From: Alphaproteobacteria bacterium
Lineage (GTDB): Bacteria > Pseudomonadota > Alphaproteobacteria > Rs-D84
DNA: 64,000 nt
Direction of reading: 5' to 3'
Assembly: GCA_017617915.1 (NCBI GenBank)
Contig: JAFZVH010000053.1
Location: 355 to 64,354, forward strand
The position numbers were made by a program, and so were the translations under genes. The notes under the pieces were generated by a model, which saw only the letters and a list, made by a program, of their open reading frames with translations, was not told the DNA's origin and made no database searches. How positions within the stretch are numbered: position 1 is the stretch's first letter; each line of letters starts with the position of its first letter. This document shows positions 29,448 to 36,936 of this stretch, piece by piece.

Positions 29448-30830
29448 ATGAAAAAACTTTTACCAATATTTACTGTATTTGCATTGCTTGGCACAAATGC
29501 ATTTGCAACATATTGCTCGGTTGAATTTTTTTGTCAGGACGTTGAGGAATTGGGGTGCGAGATAAGCCAGTTTGGACATCCTATTTGTAATGATCCTAAT
29601 GGTAGTAACGGTCCTTTTGCTGATTATGAAGAATACCCAGAATCCGGGGAAACATCGTTCACAGCGCCGGCGGGCAGTATTTGTACGCCACCCGAAGGTA
29701 AATCGTTAGTTGGTTGGCGTATTGTTATAGATCCAAATGGTTCAGGTGATGGCACTATTTCTGGCTATTCTATGAATGCGAACCCTGGTCAGGTATATAA
29801 TATACAGTTTTCTACATCAGAACTTGCGGCCGCTGGGTGTGATGGCATTGATAATCATGGACCGTTGGAATTCAGATTTGCGGCGGTGTATGGTGATGCG
29901 GAAAGTAGTGCTGACACAGTTATATCATCAAAAAAATATGTTGATGCGGAAATGGCAAAACTGCAACCACAGTTTGCGGGTTTGGGGAACAATAAACTTA
30001 TGACTTACAGTTCAACAACAAATGGTGCAGTAGGCAGCCGTGATATTGTGACAACATTGGGCACCAGCACAACGGATACAAGCGTTCCAACAATTGGTGC
30101 GATAAATACCGCACTGGCCACAAAACAAAATACTGTAAACGGAACGGCGGGATATGTTATGACAAATACAGGAACCGCGGGGTCTGTTGGTGAAAAGCCA
30201 GTATATAGTTCCACCGCCAAGAAAGCGGACGCATTGGTAGAAGCGGGCACATTAAACCAAACAATCATAGATGCGGTGAACAGCGAATTAACAGAAGTAG
30301 CGGGCATAGGTTGGCAAATAAATACAGCGAACAACCTTAGCCTGTTATCATTTGGCATACAATTGCCCGATGCAAGTATCAATGGAACCAGTTATTGCTC
30401 TCGCAATTTAGAAAGTAAAACTGATTATGATGGTCAGTGCAGTGTAACCACTAAAACCGCAATTGGTGCCAGTGGCAGCAAGACTGGCAAATGGGGCGCG
30501 GTAATGCCGTATGGTGATATAGTAGGTAAGAGTGTATGCAGTGCAACAAATGGGACAAATAATACTGCGGCAACAGATGCCCAGGAAAGCAGCCTGACCA
30601 CCGAATTTAACAATCAAACGGGTGTGGGTACCAGTGCGCTAAGCAATGGACAGTTAAATTGCTGGTGCAAGATGGAGAGCATTGCTGGCGAACCTGCTGT
30701 CTCCCGCTGGGTGTTCTTCAGCTCGATCTCGTCGGTGTCCGATTGTGCGTACGCCTGTGCGGGCTACTGCGCTGGCAACGTGCGGGCCCACTCCGCCTTC
30801 CGGTCGGGATTGTTTAACAGCGTGCAGTAA
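29448..30830 (+). CDS. secreted Cys-containing fibre-like protein (large paralog)
   Basis: SD AAAGGAGAAAGGAAC-ATG. Signal peptide MKKLLPIFTVFALLGTNAFA. The central region is homologous to 28721-29260. The Cys-rich C-terminus is encoded by a GC-rich segment. Confidence 0.8.
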   Translation: MKKLLPIFTVFALLGTNAFATYCSVEFFCQDVEELGCEISQFGHPICNDPNGSNGPFADYEEYPESGETSFTAPAGSICTPPEGKSLVGWRIVIDPNGSGDGTISGYSMNANPGQVYNIQFSTSELAAAGCDGIDNHGPLEFRFAAVYGDAESSADTVISSKKYVDAEMAKLQPQFAGLGNNKLMTYSSTTNGAVGSRDIVTTLGTSTTDTSVPTIGAINTALATKQNTVNGTAGYVMTNTGTAGSVGEKPVYSSTAKKADALVEAGTLNQTIIDAVNSELTEVAGIGWQINTANNLSLLSFGIQLPDASINGTSYCSRNLESKTDYDGQCSVTTKTAIGASGSKTGKWGAVMPYGDIVGKSVCSATNGTNNTAATDAQESSLTTEFNNQTGVGTSALSNGQLNCWCKMESIAGEPAVSRWVFFSSISSVSDCAYACAGYCAGNVRAHSAFRSGLFNSVQ

Positions 30831-30858
30831 TGATAGAAATTCTTTCTCCAAGAAAAAC

Positions 30859-30884
30859 ACACCGGCATTTGCCGGTGTTGTTTG
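30859..30884 (+). terminator. intrinsic terminator
   Basis: ACACCGGC-attt-GCCGGTGT followed by a T-rich tract. Confidence 0.7.
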
Positions 30885-30888
30885 TCAT

Positions 30889-30915
30889 TAAAAAATGCCC
30901 CGAAGGGCATTTTTT
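30889..30915. terminator. bidirectional intrinsic terminator
   Basis: AAAAAATGCCC-cgaa-GGGCATTTTTT. Overlaps the pal stop codon. Confidence 0.75.
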
Positions 30916-31330
30916 ATTTAACTGTTGTAGTTGCGTTACGATTATATTTCCAAACGCTTTCGCCGGTACCTTTGACCAATGGGCGTTCTTTACCATAGGA
31001 AATGGTAGAAATGCGTTTCGGACTAATACCGTCGTTAACCAAAACTTTCTTGGCCGCGTTCGCACGACGTGCACCCAATGCCAAGTTGTATTCGGTTGAA
31101 CCGCGTTCGTCGCAGTTACCCGCAATTTGAACTTTCACATTTTCGTGTGACTTCATGTACAGAGCCTGACCCAGCAGGTTGTCGTTCGCCGCGTCGGAAA
31201 TTTCCGCCGAGTTAAACGCAAAGAACACACGTTGATTGTTCAAGTCTTCTGGTTCAACAATGTTTGAACCACCGCACGCCGCCAGAACACCAGCCGCGCC
31301 CGCCAATAAAGCAAAGTTTTTTATTTTCAT
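30914..31330 (-). CDS. pal: peptidoglycan-associated lipoprotein
   Basis: Lipobox LAAC after the signal peptide. OmpA-like domain FAFNSAEI...GNCDERGSTEYNLALGARRA. Confidence 0.88.
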   Translation of the reverse strand: MKIKNFALLAGAAGVLAACGGSNIVEPEDLNNQRVFFAFNSAEISDAANDNLLGQALYMKSHENVKVQIAGNCDERGSTEYNLALGARRANAAKKVLVNDGISPKRISTISYGKERPLVKGTGESVWKYNRNATTTVK

Positions 31331-31421
31331 GAAAATACTCCCTTGAGTTTCTGTTGCTCGTGTTATAGTCTATAATAAAATTTGCAATAAATCAAGGTAA
31401 AACGAATCAGAGATTTGAATT

Positions 31422-32162
31422 ATGAACGAAATGTTAAAAGATTTACTGGCCGCAGGTGTGAAATGGGAATTGGGCGATACCGCCATAGGCTTTTTGTCTG
31501 ATGTTGGGGGCCAGCCACCGGCGCCCGCCCGCACAAAAGTTTTTTCGGTTGTTCCACCTGTGTCGCCTATTGCGCCAGTGTCAATTGAAACTGCGCGTGC
31601 ATGCGCGGCGCGACCAACAACAACCTGTGCGCTGAATCGTATGATTTCAGAATTTAATCATCCGCTGCGCGCGGGTGCGACAAATGTTGTCTTGCCGCAT
31701 GTTGCAGACAACCCAAATGGCATACTGATTATAACCGATATCCCGTCCAGTGAAGATGATGCATCGGGAAAAATCCTGTCGGGTGGGGCAGGGGAGTTGT
31801 TGGATAAAATGCTGAACGCGATTGGAATGTCGCGCGAAAACGTTCATATTTCGCCGATTGTTTTTTGGCGCACGCCTGGGGGGCGCACACCTGCGCGGGG
31901 CGAACTTGATTTATCGCGACCATTTTTGGACCGATTTATAGAATTGACCGAGCCGCGAATAATTATAACGTTGGGGACGGTTGCCGCGGCGGAAATATGC
32001 GGTGTTGATTTGATGAAACAATTTGGGGCAGAAACGAATCTGGACAGTGGTGTGCATGTGTTTTCGATATACCATCCGAACTATTTGATTTTAAAGCCCG
32101 CCGCCAAAGCGTCTGTTTGGACGGTTTTGCAAAATGTTCAAAACTTGTTGAAAAGTCTGTAA
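31422..32162 (+). CDS. uracil-DNA glycosylase, family 4-like
   Basis: ILIITDIPSSEDDASGKILSGGAGELLDKML and a C-terminal HPNYLI motif. Has a long N-terminal extension. Confidence 0.75.
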   Translation: MNEMLKDLLAAGVKWELGDTAIGFLSDVGGQPPAPARTKVFSVVPPVSPIAPVSIETARACAARPTTTCALNRMISEFNHPLRAGATNVVLPHVADNPNGILIITDIPSSEDDASGKILSGGAGELLDKMLNAIGMSRENVHISPIVFWRTPGGRTPARGELDLSRPFLDRFIELTEPRIIITLGTVAAAEICGVDLMKQFGAETNLDSGVHVFSIYHPNYLILKPAAKASVWTVLQNVQNLLKSL

Positions 32163-32204
32163 AAATATTTAATAATTCGCACATATCAATAAAAGGAGTA
32201 CACA

Positions 32205-32762
32205 ATTAAAAACCAAAATAATCGTGATAACCGTCGTGATATGGGGCCGCGTACAAATGGTCGCATAACTGCGAAAACGGTGCAAGTAATTGGTGAAGAT
32301 GGTCAAAATCTGGGCATAATGCAAACGGCCGAGGCCTTGCAGATGGCGCAAGATAAAGGACTGGACCTGGTTGAACTGAACGCTGCAGGTACACCACCAA
32401 TCGTCAAAATGATGGACTTTGGCAAGTACAAGTACGAACAGAAAAAGCGTGCGAACGAAGCCAAGAAAAAACAAAAGACCATCGAGATGAAAGAGGTTTG
32501 GATAAAGCCTTTTATTGAAGAAAATGATTTGCAAATTAAACTGCGCAAGGTTTTCGAATTCTTGGACGAAGGAAATAAAGTTAAAATCGCCGTTATGACG
32601 CATGGTTCTAAACGCGTTTTGGCGATGGGTAAAGATGCAATTCCAGGGCTGTTTGCGCATGTGGTTGAACTGATTGGTGAACGCGGCACATTGGAAAGTC
32701 GTTCTAAACCCGATGAACGCACCAAGTCCATTGTAATCGCGCCTGCGAAACCTGCAAAATAA
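32205..32762 (+). CDS. infC: translation initiation factor IF-3 (ATT start)
   Basis: INGRITAKTVQVIGEDG...VELNAAGTPPIVKMMDFGKYKYEQKK. SD AAAAGGAG lies 6 nt upstream of an in-frame ATT at 32205. ATG 32241 has no SD. Confidence 0.9.
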   Translation: MKNQNNRDNRRDMGPRTNGRITAKTVQVIGEDGQNLGIMQTAEALQMAQDKGLDLVELNAAGTPPIVKMMDFGKYKYEQKKRANEAKKKQKTIEMKEVWIKPFIEENDLQIKLRKVFEFLDEGNKVKIAVMTHGSKRVLAMGKDAIPGLFAHVVELIGERGTLESRSKPDERTKSIVIAPAKPAK

Positions 32763-32767
32763 TAAAA

Positions 32768-32790
32768 ACACCCGTCTGGGTGTTTTTTTT
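32768..32790 (+). terminator. intrinsic terminator after infC
   Basis: ACACCC-gtct-GGGTGT followed by T8. Confidence 0.8.
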
Positions 32791-32841
32791 ATGGAACATT
32801 CAAATTTTATTTTGTATCGTGTTTGGCACAAGGGGTTTATT

Positions 32842-33048
32842 ATGGAACAAGAAAAATTGTCTTTTGAAGAAGCGTATAAGCAACTGACAGAATTGGTTAA
32901 AAAAATGGAATCTGGCGAAATGCCATTGGCGGATTCGGTTGCCGCATACGAGCAAGGTATAAAGTTAAAGGCTTACTGTGAACAATTGCTGAAAGAAGCC
33001 GAACTGAAAATCGAAACACTGAAAGTTACAACAACGACTAACGCATAG
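32842..33048 (+). CDS. xseB: exodeoxyribonuclease VII small subunit
   Basis: MEQEKLSFEEAYKQLTELVKKMESGEMPLADSVAAYEQGIKLKAYCEQLLKEAELKIE. The ORF-track start at 32791 overlaps the infC terminator. Confidence 0.85.
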   Translation: MEQEKLSFEEAYKQLTELVKKMESGEMPLADSVAAYEQGIKLKAYCEQLLKEAELKIETLKVTTTTNA

Positions 33049-33058
33049 GCAATCGCAG

Positions 33059-35578
33059 ATGGCTGATAAAAGTAAATTGACACCAGTAATGCAGCAATAT
33101 GTGGATTTCAAAAACGAAAATCCGGATGCTTTGCTGATGTTCAGACTGGGTGATTTTTACGAATCTTTTTTTGAAGATGCGGTTGTTATAAGTGAAAAGT
33201 TGGGCTTGGTCCTGACTGCACGCGGCACAGATGCCGATGGCACAGATATTCCAATGTGTGGGATTCCATGGCATGCGTCTGAAAATTATTTTGGGCGTCT
33301 GGTGCGCCAAGGATACAAATTGGCGTTGGTTGAACAAATGGAAACGCCCGCCCAAGCCAAAGAACGTGGACATAAGTATATTGAACGAAAAATCACGCGT
33401 GTTTTGACACCTGGAACACTGACCGATGAAAATTTGCTGTCGCCTAAAAGTTCGAATTTCTTGGTCGCGATTATAGGAACGGGGGCGAACGAGTTTGACT
33501 TTGCAGGTTGCGATATTTCAACTGGGGAATTTTTTGTTGGGCGCACAAATAATATCACAGATGACCTTGTGCGGATTTCGCCGGCCGAGGTTATATATCC
33601 TTCAACCGATGCAGAAAATAAAAATATTTTGTCTGTGCGTGATATGTTTAAATCAACACCTGTGTTTGACAAGATTTATCGGCGCGCAGATATAGATACA
33701 ATTATCTCTTGTGTTTTTGGTGATAATGCGGCGGGTACAGATGGTACAAAAAATGCGGCGGTTGGATTACTGGCGGCATATTTGTTTAATACTCAGCGTG
33801 GAACTGCGCTGACATTTCGCGCACCGTACCAGTTTAGCGCAGGAACACAATTGCTGATAGATTCTGCAACTTGGAAAAGTTTGGAAATAGATGCGCCGAT
33901 AAACGAAGGTGGGCGATGCTTGCTGGATGTTCTTGATAAAACAAAAACGGCAGCGGGGGCGCGCAGATTACGCTCGTATTTGCGAACTCTTACTGGTGAT
34001 GCGGCGGAAATCCGTCTGCGCCAAGATCATATTGCGCATATGGTGCATAATAACGATGTTCGGACTATGGTTTCGGATGCGTTGGCACGTGTGCCTGATG
34101 TTGGGCGCAGTGTAGCGCGTTTGTTGTCTGGGCGCGGAATGCCGCGCGATATGCGCAGTGTATCTGAATTTTTAATCAGTTTGCCAAATATTAAAATGAT
34201 GGCTACACATCTGGATGCAGGGTTGGCGACATACCTTGGGCGTATAAAAACAAACGATAGGTTGGCATCGCGGTTGAAAAAAGCATTGGTCGATGAATTG
34301 CCAACATTTTTCCGCGATGGTGGTGTTATTTGTGATGGTTTTGATGTGGCGCTTGATAATATGCGCAAGTTATCACATGGTGGCAAAGAAACGGTTGCTG
34401 CAATGCAGGCTGAATACGCCGCACAAACCGATATTCACACACTGAAAATTAAATTTAACAATATGTTGGGGTATTTTATTGAGGTTCCGTCCGCTCGTGC
34501 AGACGCCTTGTTGCAACCTGAATCTGGTTTTATACATCGCCAAACTTTGGCAGGTAATGTGCGGTTCACTACATCGCGTTTGATAGAACTGGATAATGAC
34601 ATTCGTTCTGCATCGGACAAAGCCGCCGCCATAGAAGAATCTTTAATAGATGGGTTAATAGAGCAAATTCGTGAATGCAGTAATGATATTTTATTTGCCG
34701 CCGAAGCATTGGCAGATTTAGATGTATGGTGTGCGCTGGCAACCTGTGCGGTGTATATGGACTGGACACGTCCAGAGATAACAAATGGGCGTGATTTTGA
34801 AGTGCGTGCAGGCAGGCATCCAGTTATCGAGGCGGCATTACGCGAAAACGGCAATAATTTTGTTAAGAATGATTGTAATTTATCGAATCAACCTGTGGCA
34901 TTATTGACTGGTCCAAATATGGCGGGCAAATCGACATATCTGCGCCAGAATGCGCTGCTTGTTGTGTTGGCGCACTTGGGGTCTTTTGTGCCGGCTGAAT
35001 CCGCAAAAATCGGCATTTGCGACCAATTGTTCAGTCGCGTTGGTGCGTCAGATAACTTGGCGGCGGGGCAATCGACATTTATGGTGGAAATGAGTGAAAC
35101 TGCCAATATCTTGCGTCGTGCAACACCGCATTCGTTTATAATCTTTGATGAAATAGGGCGCGGAACGGCGACCTATGACGGTATGGCAATTGCCCAGGCG
35201 GTATTAGAGCATTTGGACGCTTTGGGGGCGCGGACATTGTTTGCAACACACTATCATGAATTGACGGGTTTAGTGGCAGGTCAGGGCGGCAATCTTAAAA
35301 ATGTGACTTGTTTGACCATAGATGTGCGCGAACATAATAATGAAATTGTATTTATGCATCGCATTATCGCCGGTGTCGCGAACAGGTCCTATGGAATTCA
35401 TGTTGCTAAAATGGCGGGAATGCCAGAATCTGTGGTGGCGCGTGCGGAATCGGTTTTGTCTTCATTGGAAGTAACAAATGTTTCAATTGAAGCGAATGCG
35501 AAATTGCCAACAGACAGGCAAAAATCGCACCTTGAATCACCAGACGCACAAAAATCACAATTATCTTTGTTTGGATAA
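33059..35578 (+). CDS. mutS: DNA mismatch repair protein MutS
   Basis: TPVMQQY...GDFYE, Walker A GPNMAGKST, STFMVEMSE, FATHYHEL. Confidence 0.95.
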   Translation: MADKSKLTPVMQQYVDFKNENPDALLMFRLGDFYESFFEDAVVISEKLGLVLTARGTDADGTDIPMCGIPWHASENYFGRLVRQGYKLALVEQMETPAQAKERGHKYIERKITRVLTPGTLTDENLLSPKSSNFLVAIIGTGANEFDFAGCDISTGEFFVGRTNNITDDLVRISPAEVIYPSTDAENKNILSVRDMFKSTPVFDKIYRRADIDTIISCVFGDNAAGTDGTKNAAVGLLAAYLFNTQRGTALTFRAPYQFSAGTQLLIDSATWKSLEIDAPINEGGRCLLDVLDKTKTAAGARRLRSYLRTLTGDAAEIRLRQDHIAHMVHNNDVRTMVSDALARVPDVGRSVARLLSGRGMPRDMRSVSEFLISLPNIKMMATHLDAGLATYLGRIKTNDRLASRLKKALVDELPTFFRDGGVICDGFDVALDNMRKLSHGGKETVAAMQAEYAAQTDIHTLKIKFNNMLGYFIEVPSARADALLQPESGFIHRQTLAGNVRFTTSRLIELDNDIRSASDKAAAIEESLIDGLIEQIRECSNDILFAAEALADLDVWCALATCAVYMDWTRPEITNGRDFEVRAGRHPVIEAALRENGNNFVKNDCNLSNQPVALLTGPNMAGKSTYLRQNALLVVLAHLGSFVPAESAKIGICDQLFSRVGASDNLAAGQSTFMVEMSETANILRRATPHSFIIFDEIGRGTATYDGMAIAQAVLEHLDALGARTLFATHYHELTGLVAGQGGNLKNVTCLTIDVREHNNEIVFMHRIIAGVANRSYGIHVAKMAGMPESVVARAESVLSSLEVTNVSIEANAKLPTDRQKSHLESPDAQKSQLSLFG

Positions 35579-35582
35579 AGTT

Positions 35583-36452
35583 ATGGACGGTTGGATAATT
35601 CTTGATAAAGCATCAGGCGTGTTTTCAAAAAGCGCGGCATCACGTGTGGCACGCATTTTTAGTACGAAAAAGAACGGACACATTGGAACATTGGACCCAA
35701 TGGCGACAGGTGTTCTGCCGATTGCACTTGGAAACGCGACCAAGATGATTCCATTTTTAGAAGAATTTTGTCCGCGTGATAAAGAATATTTGTTTTCATT
35801 GCAATTTGGTTTTGAAACAGACACTTTGGATATTACAGGTAATATTACTGTGCGCGATGATTTTGTGCCAGACAGCGAACAGGTTAAATCTGTATTATCA
35901 AAATTTATCGGACATATAACGCAAGTGCCGCCGGCATTCAGTGCGGTGCATATAGATGGCCGTCGTGCATATGAATTGGCGCGCAAAGGCTATGCCCCAG
36001 AAATGCCACCGCGCAATGTTGATATATATGAATTGGAATTTTTGGGAATAACTGATAAATCTTGGCAATTTCGGGTGCGCTGTGCGGCCGGTACATATGT
36101 GCGCAGTCTGGGACGTGATATTGCACTTGCATGCGGCGCACATGCAACTGTTGATATGATAAGGCGCACACGCACAGGATGCTTTACGATTGAAAATGCG
36201 GTTAAACTTGATTTTTTAGAAAATCTGTTTAATAATAGCGGCGATGCAATGCAATATCTTGCATCGGTCGATTCGGGACTGGGGGGCATTCCAGTTTTGA
36301 ATTTGACTGATAAAGTTGTCGGTTTGTATAAAAACGGTGGTTTTATCGATTGGAATGGTGCAGACGGCATATATCGCGTTTATTCTGGCAAAGATTTTGT
36401 TGGAATTGGTGCGGTTTCTGGTGGTGTCTTGCGCCCAAAAAGAACAATTTAA
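35583..36452 (+). CDS. truB: tRNA pseudouridine(55) synthase
   Basis: MDGWIILDKASG...GHIGTLDPMATGVLP catalytic Asp motif. The ORF-track start at 35478 lies inside mutS. Confidence 0.9.
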   Translation: MDGWIILDKASGVFSKSAASRVARIFSTKKNGHIGTLDPMATGVLPIALGNATKMIPFLEEFCPRDKEYLFSLQFGFETDTLDITGNITVRDDFVPDSEQVKSVLSKFIGHITQVPPAFSAVHIDGRRAYELARKGYAPEMPPRNVDIYELEFLGITDKSWQFRVRCAAGTYVRSLGRDIALACGAHATVDMIRRTRTGCFTIENAVKLDFLENLFNNSGDAMQYLASVDSGLGGIPVLNLTDKVVGLYKNGGFIDWNGADGIYRVYSGKDFVGIGAVSGGVLRPKRTI

Positions 36453-36466
36453 AAAAGGAAAAATAA

Positions 36467-36739
36467 ATGTCCATTACAAAAGCAAAAAAAACTGAAATCA
36501 TCAACGCATATAAGGCGAGTGATAAGGACAATGGTGGTTCTGTTGAATCTCAGGTTGCGATTCTTACTGAACGCATTCGCAATTTGACCGAACACATGAA
36601 AAACAACCACAAAGATGAACATTCTAAACGTGGCTTGTTGAAAATGGTCAATCATCGCAAAAAGTTGTTGATGTACATCAAAAAACGCAATGCGTCTGAA
36701 TACGAAGAACTGATTAAGAAATTGGGTCTGCGTAAGTAA
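36467..36739 (+). CDS. rpsO: 30S ribosomal protein S15
   Basis: 90 aa, with [35 protein letters not shown]. Upstream of pnp. Confidence 0.95.
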   Translation: MSITKAKKTEIINAYKASDKDNGGSVESQVAILTERIRNLTEHMKNNHKDEHSKRGLLKMVNHRKKLLMYIKKRNASEYEELIKKLGLRK

Positions 36740-36746
36740 GCAATTT

Positions 36747-36774
36747 GGCCGGCGTTTTGTCGGCCTTTTGTTTT
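36747..36774 (+). terminator. intrinsic terminator after rpsO
   Basis: GGCCG-gcgttttgt-CGGCC followed by TTTTGTTTT. Confidence 0.65.
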
Positions 36775-36791
36775 AATTTGTGATAATTTAT

Positions 36792-36901
36792 TTGCAAATG
36801 CATAAATTTATCGTATAATGCGACCGCGGCAGGGAAGAGATTGTTCTTTCTTGTGTTTGTTGGTTGAACACAATAATGAATAATTTTTCTTCGTGCCGCG
36901 G
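36792..36901 (+). promoter_or_regulatory. pnp promoter and long leader hairpin
   Basis: TTGCAA (36792-36797), a 16-nt spacer, TATAAT (36814-36819). Then CCGCGGCA (36824-36831) pairs with TGCCGCGG (36894-36901), enclosing an imperfect extended stem. Confidence 0.5.
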
Positions 36902-36936
36902 AAAGTATAACAAAACCAAAAAAACGGAGGAAAAAT

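Noticed and set aside
29177-29494. 105-aa minus-strand ORF and the 29400 upstream start for the plus-strand gene.
   Set aside because: Both arise from the GC-rich palindromic hairpin element. The plus-strand gene has a strong SD and a signal peptide at ATG 29448.
30660-30830. Calling the GC-rich, A-poor gene end a diversity-generating retroelement variable region.
   Set aside because: I could not find a template repeat copy or a reverse transcriptase anywhere in the 64 kb, and the encoded peptide lacks an obvious C-type-lectin/FGE-like VR signature. I kept it only as a compositional anomaly to check genome-wide.
32169-32831. 220-aa ORF on the minus strand.
   Set aside because: It is fully antisense to infC, which is strongly recognisable on the plus strand. 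It has no SD, a low-complexity composition, and runs across the infC terminator.
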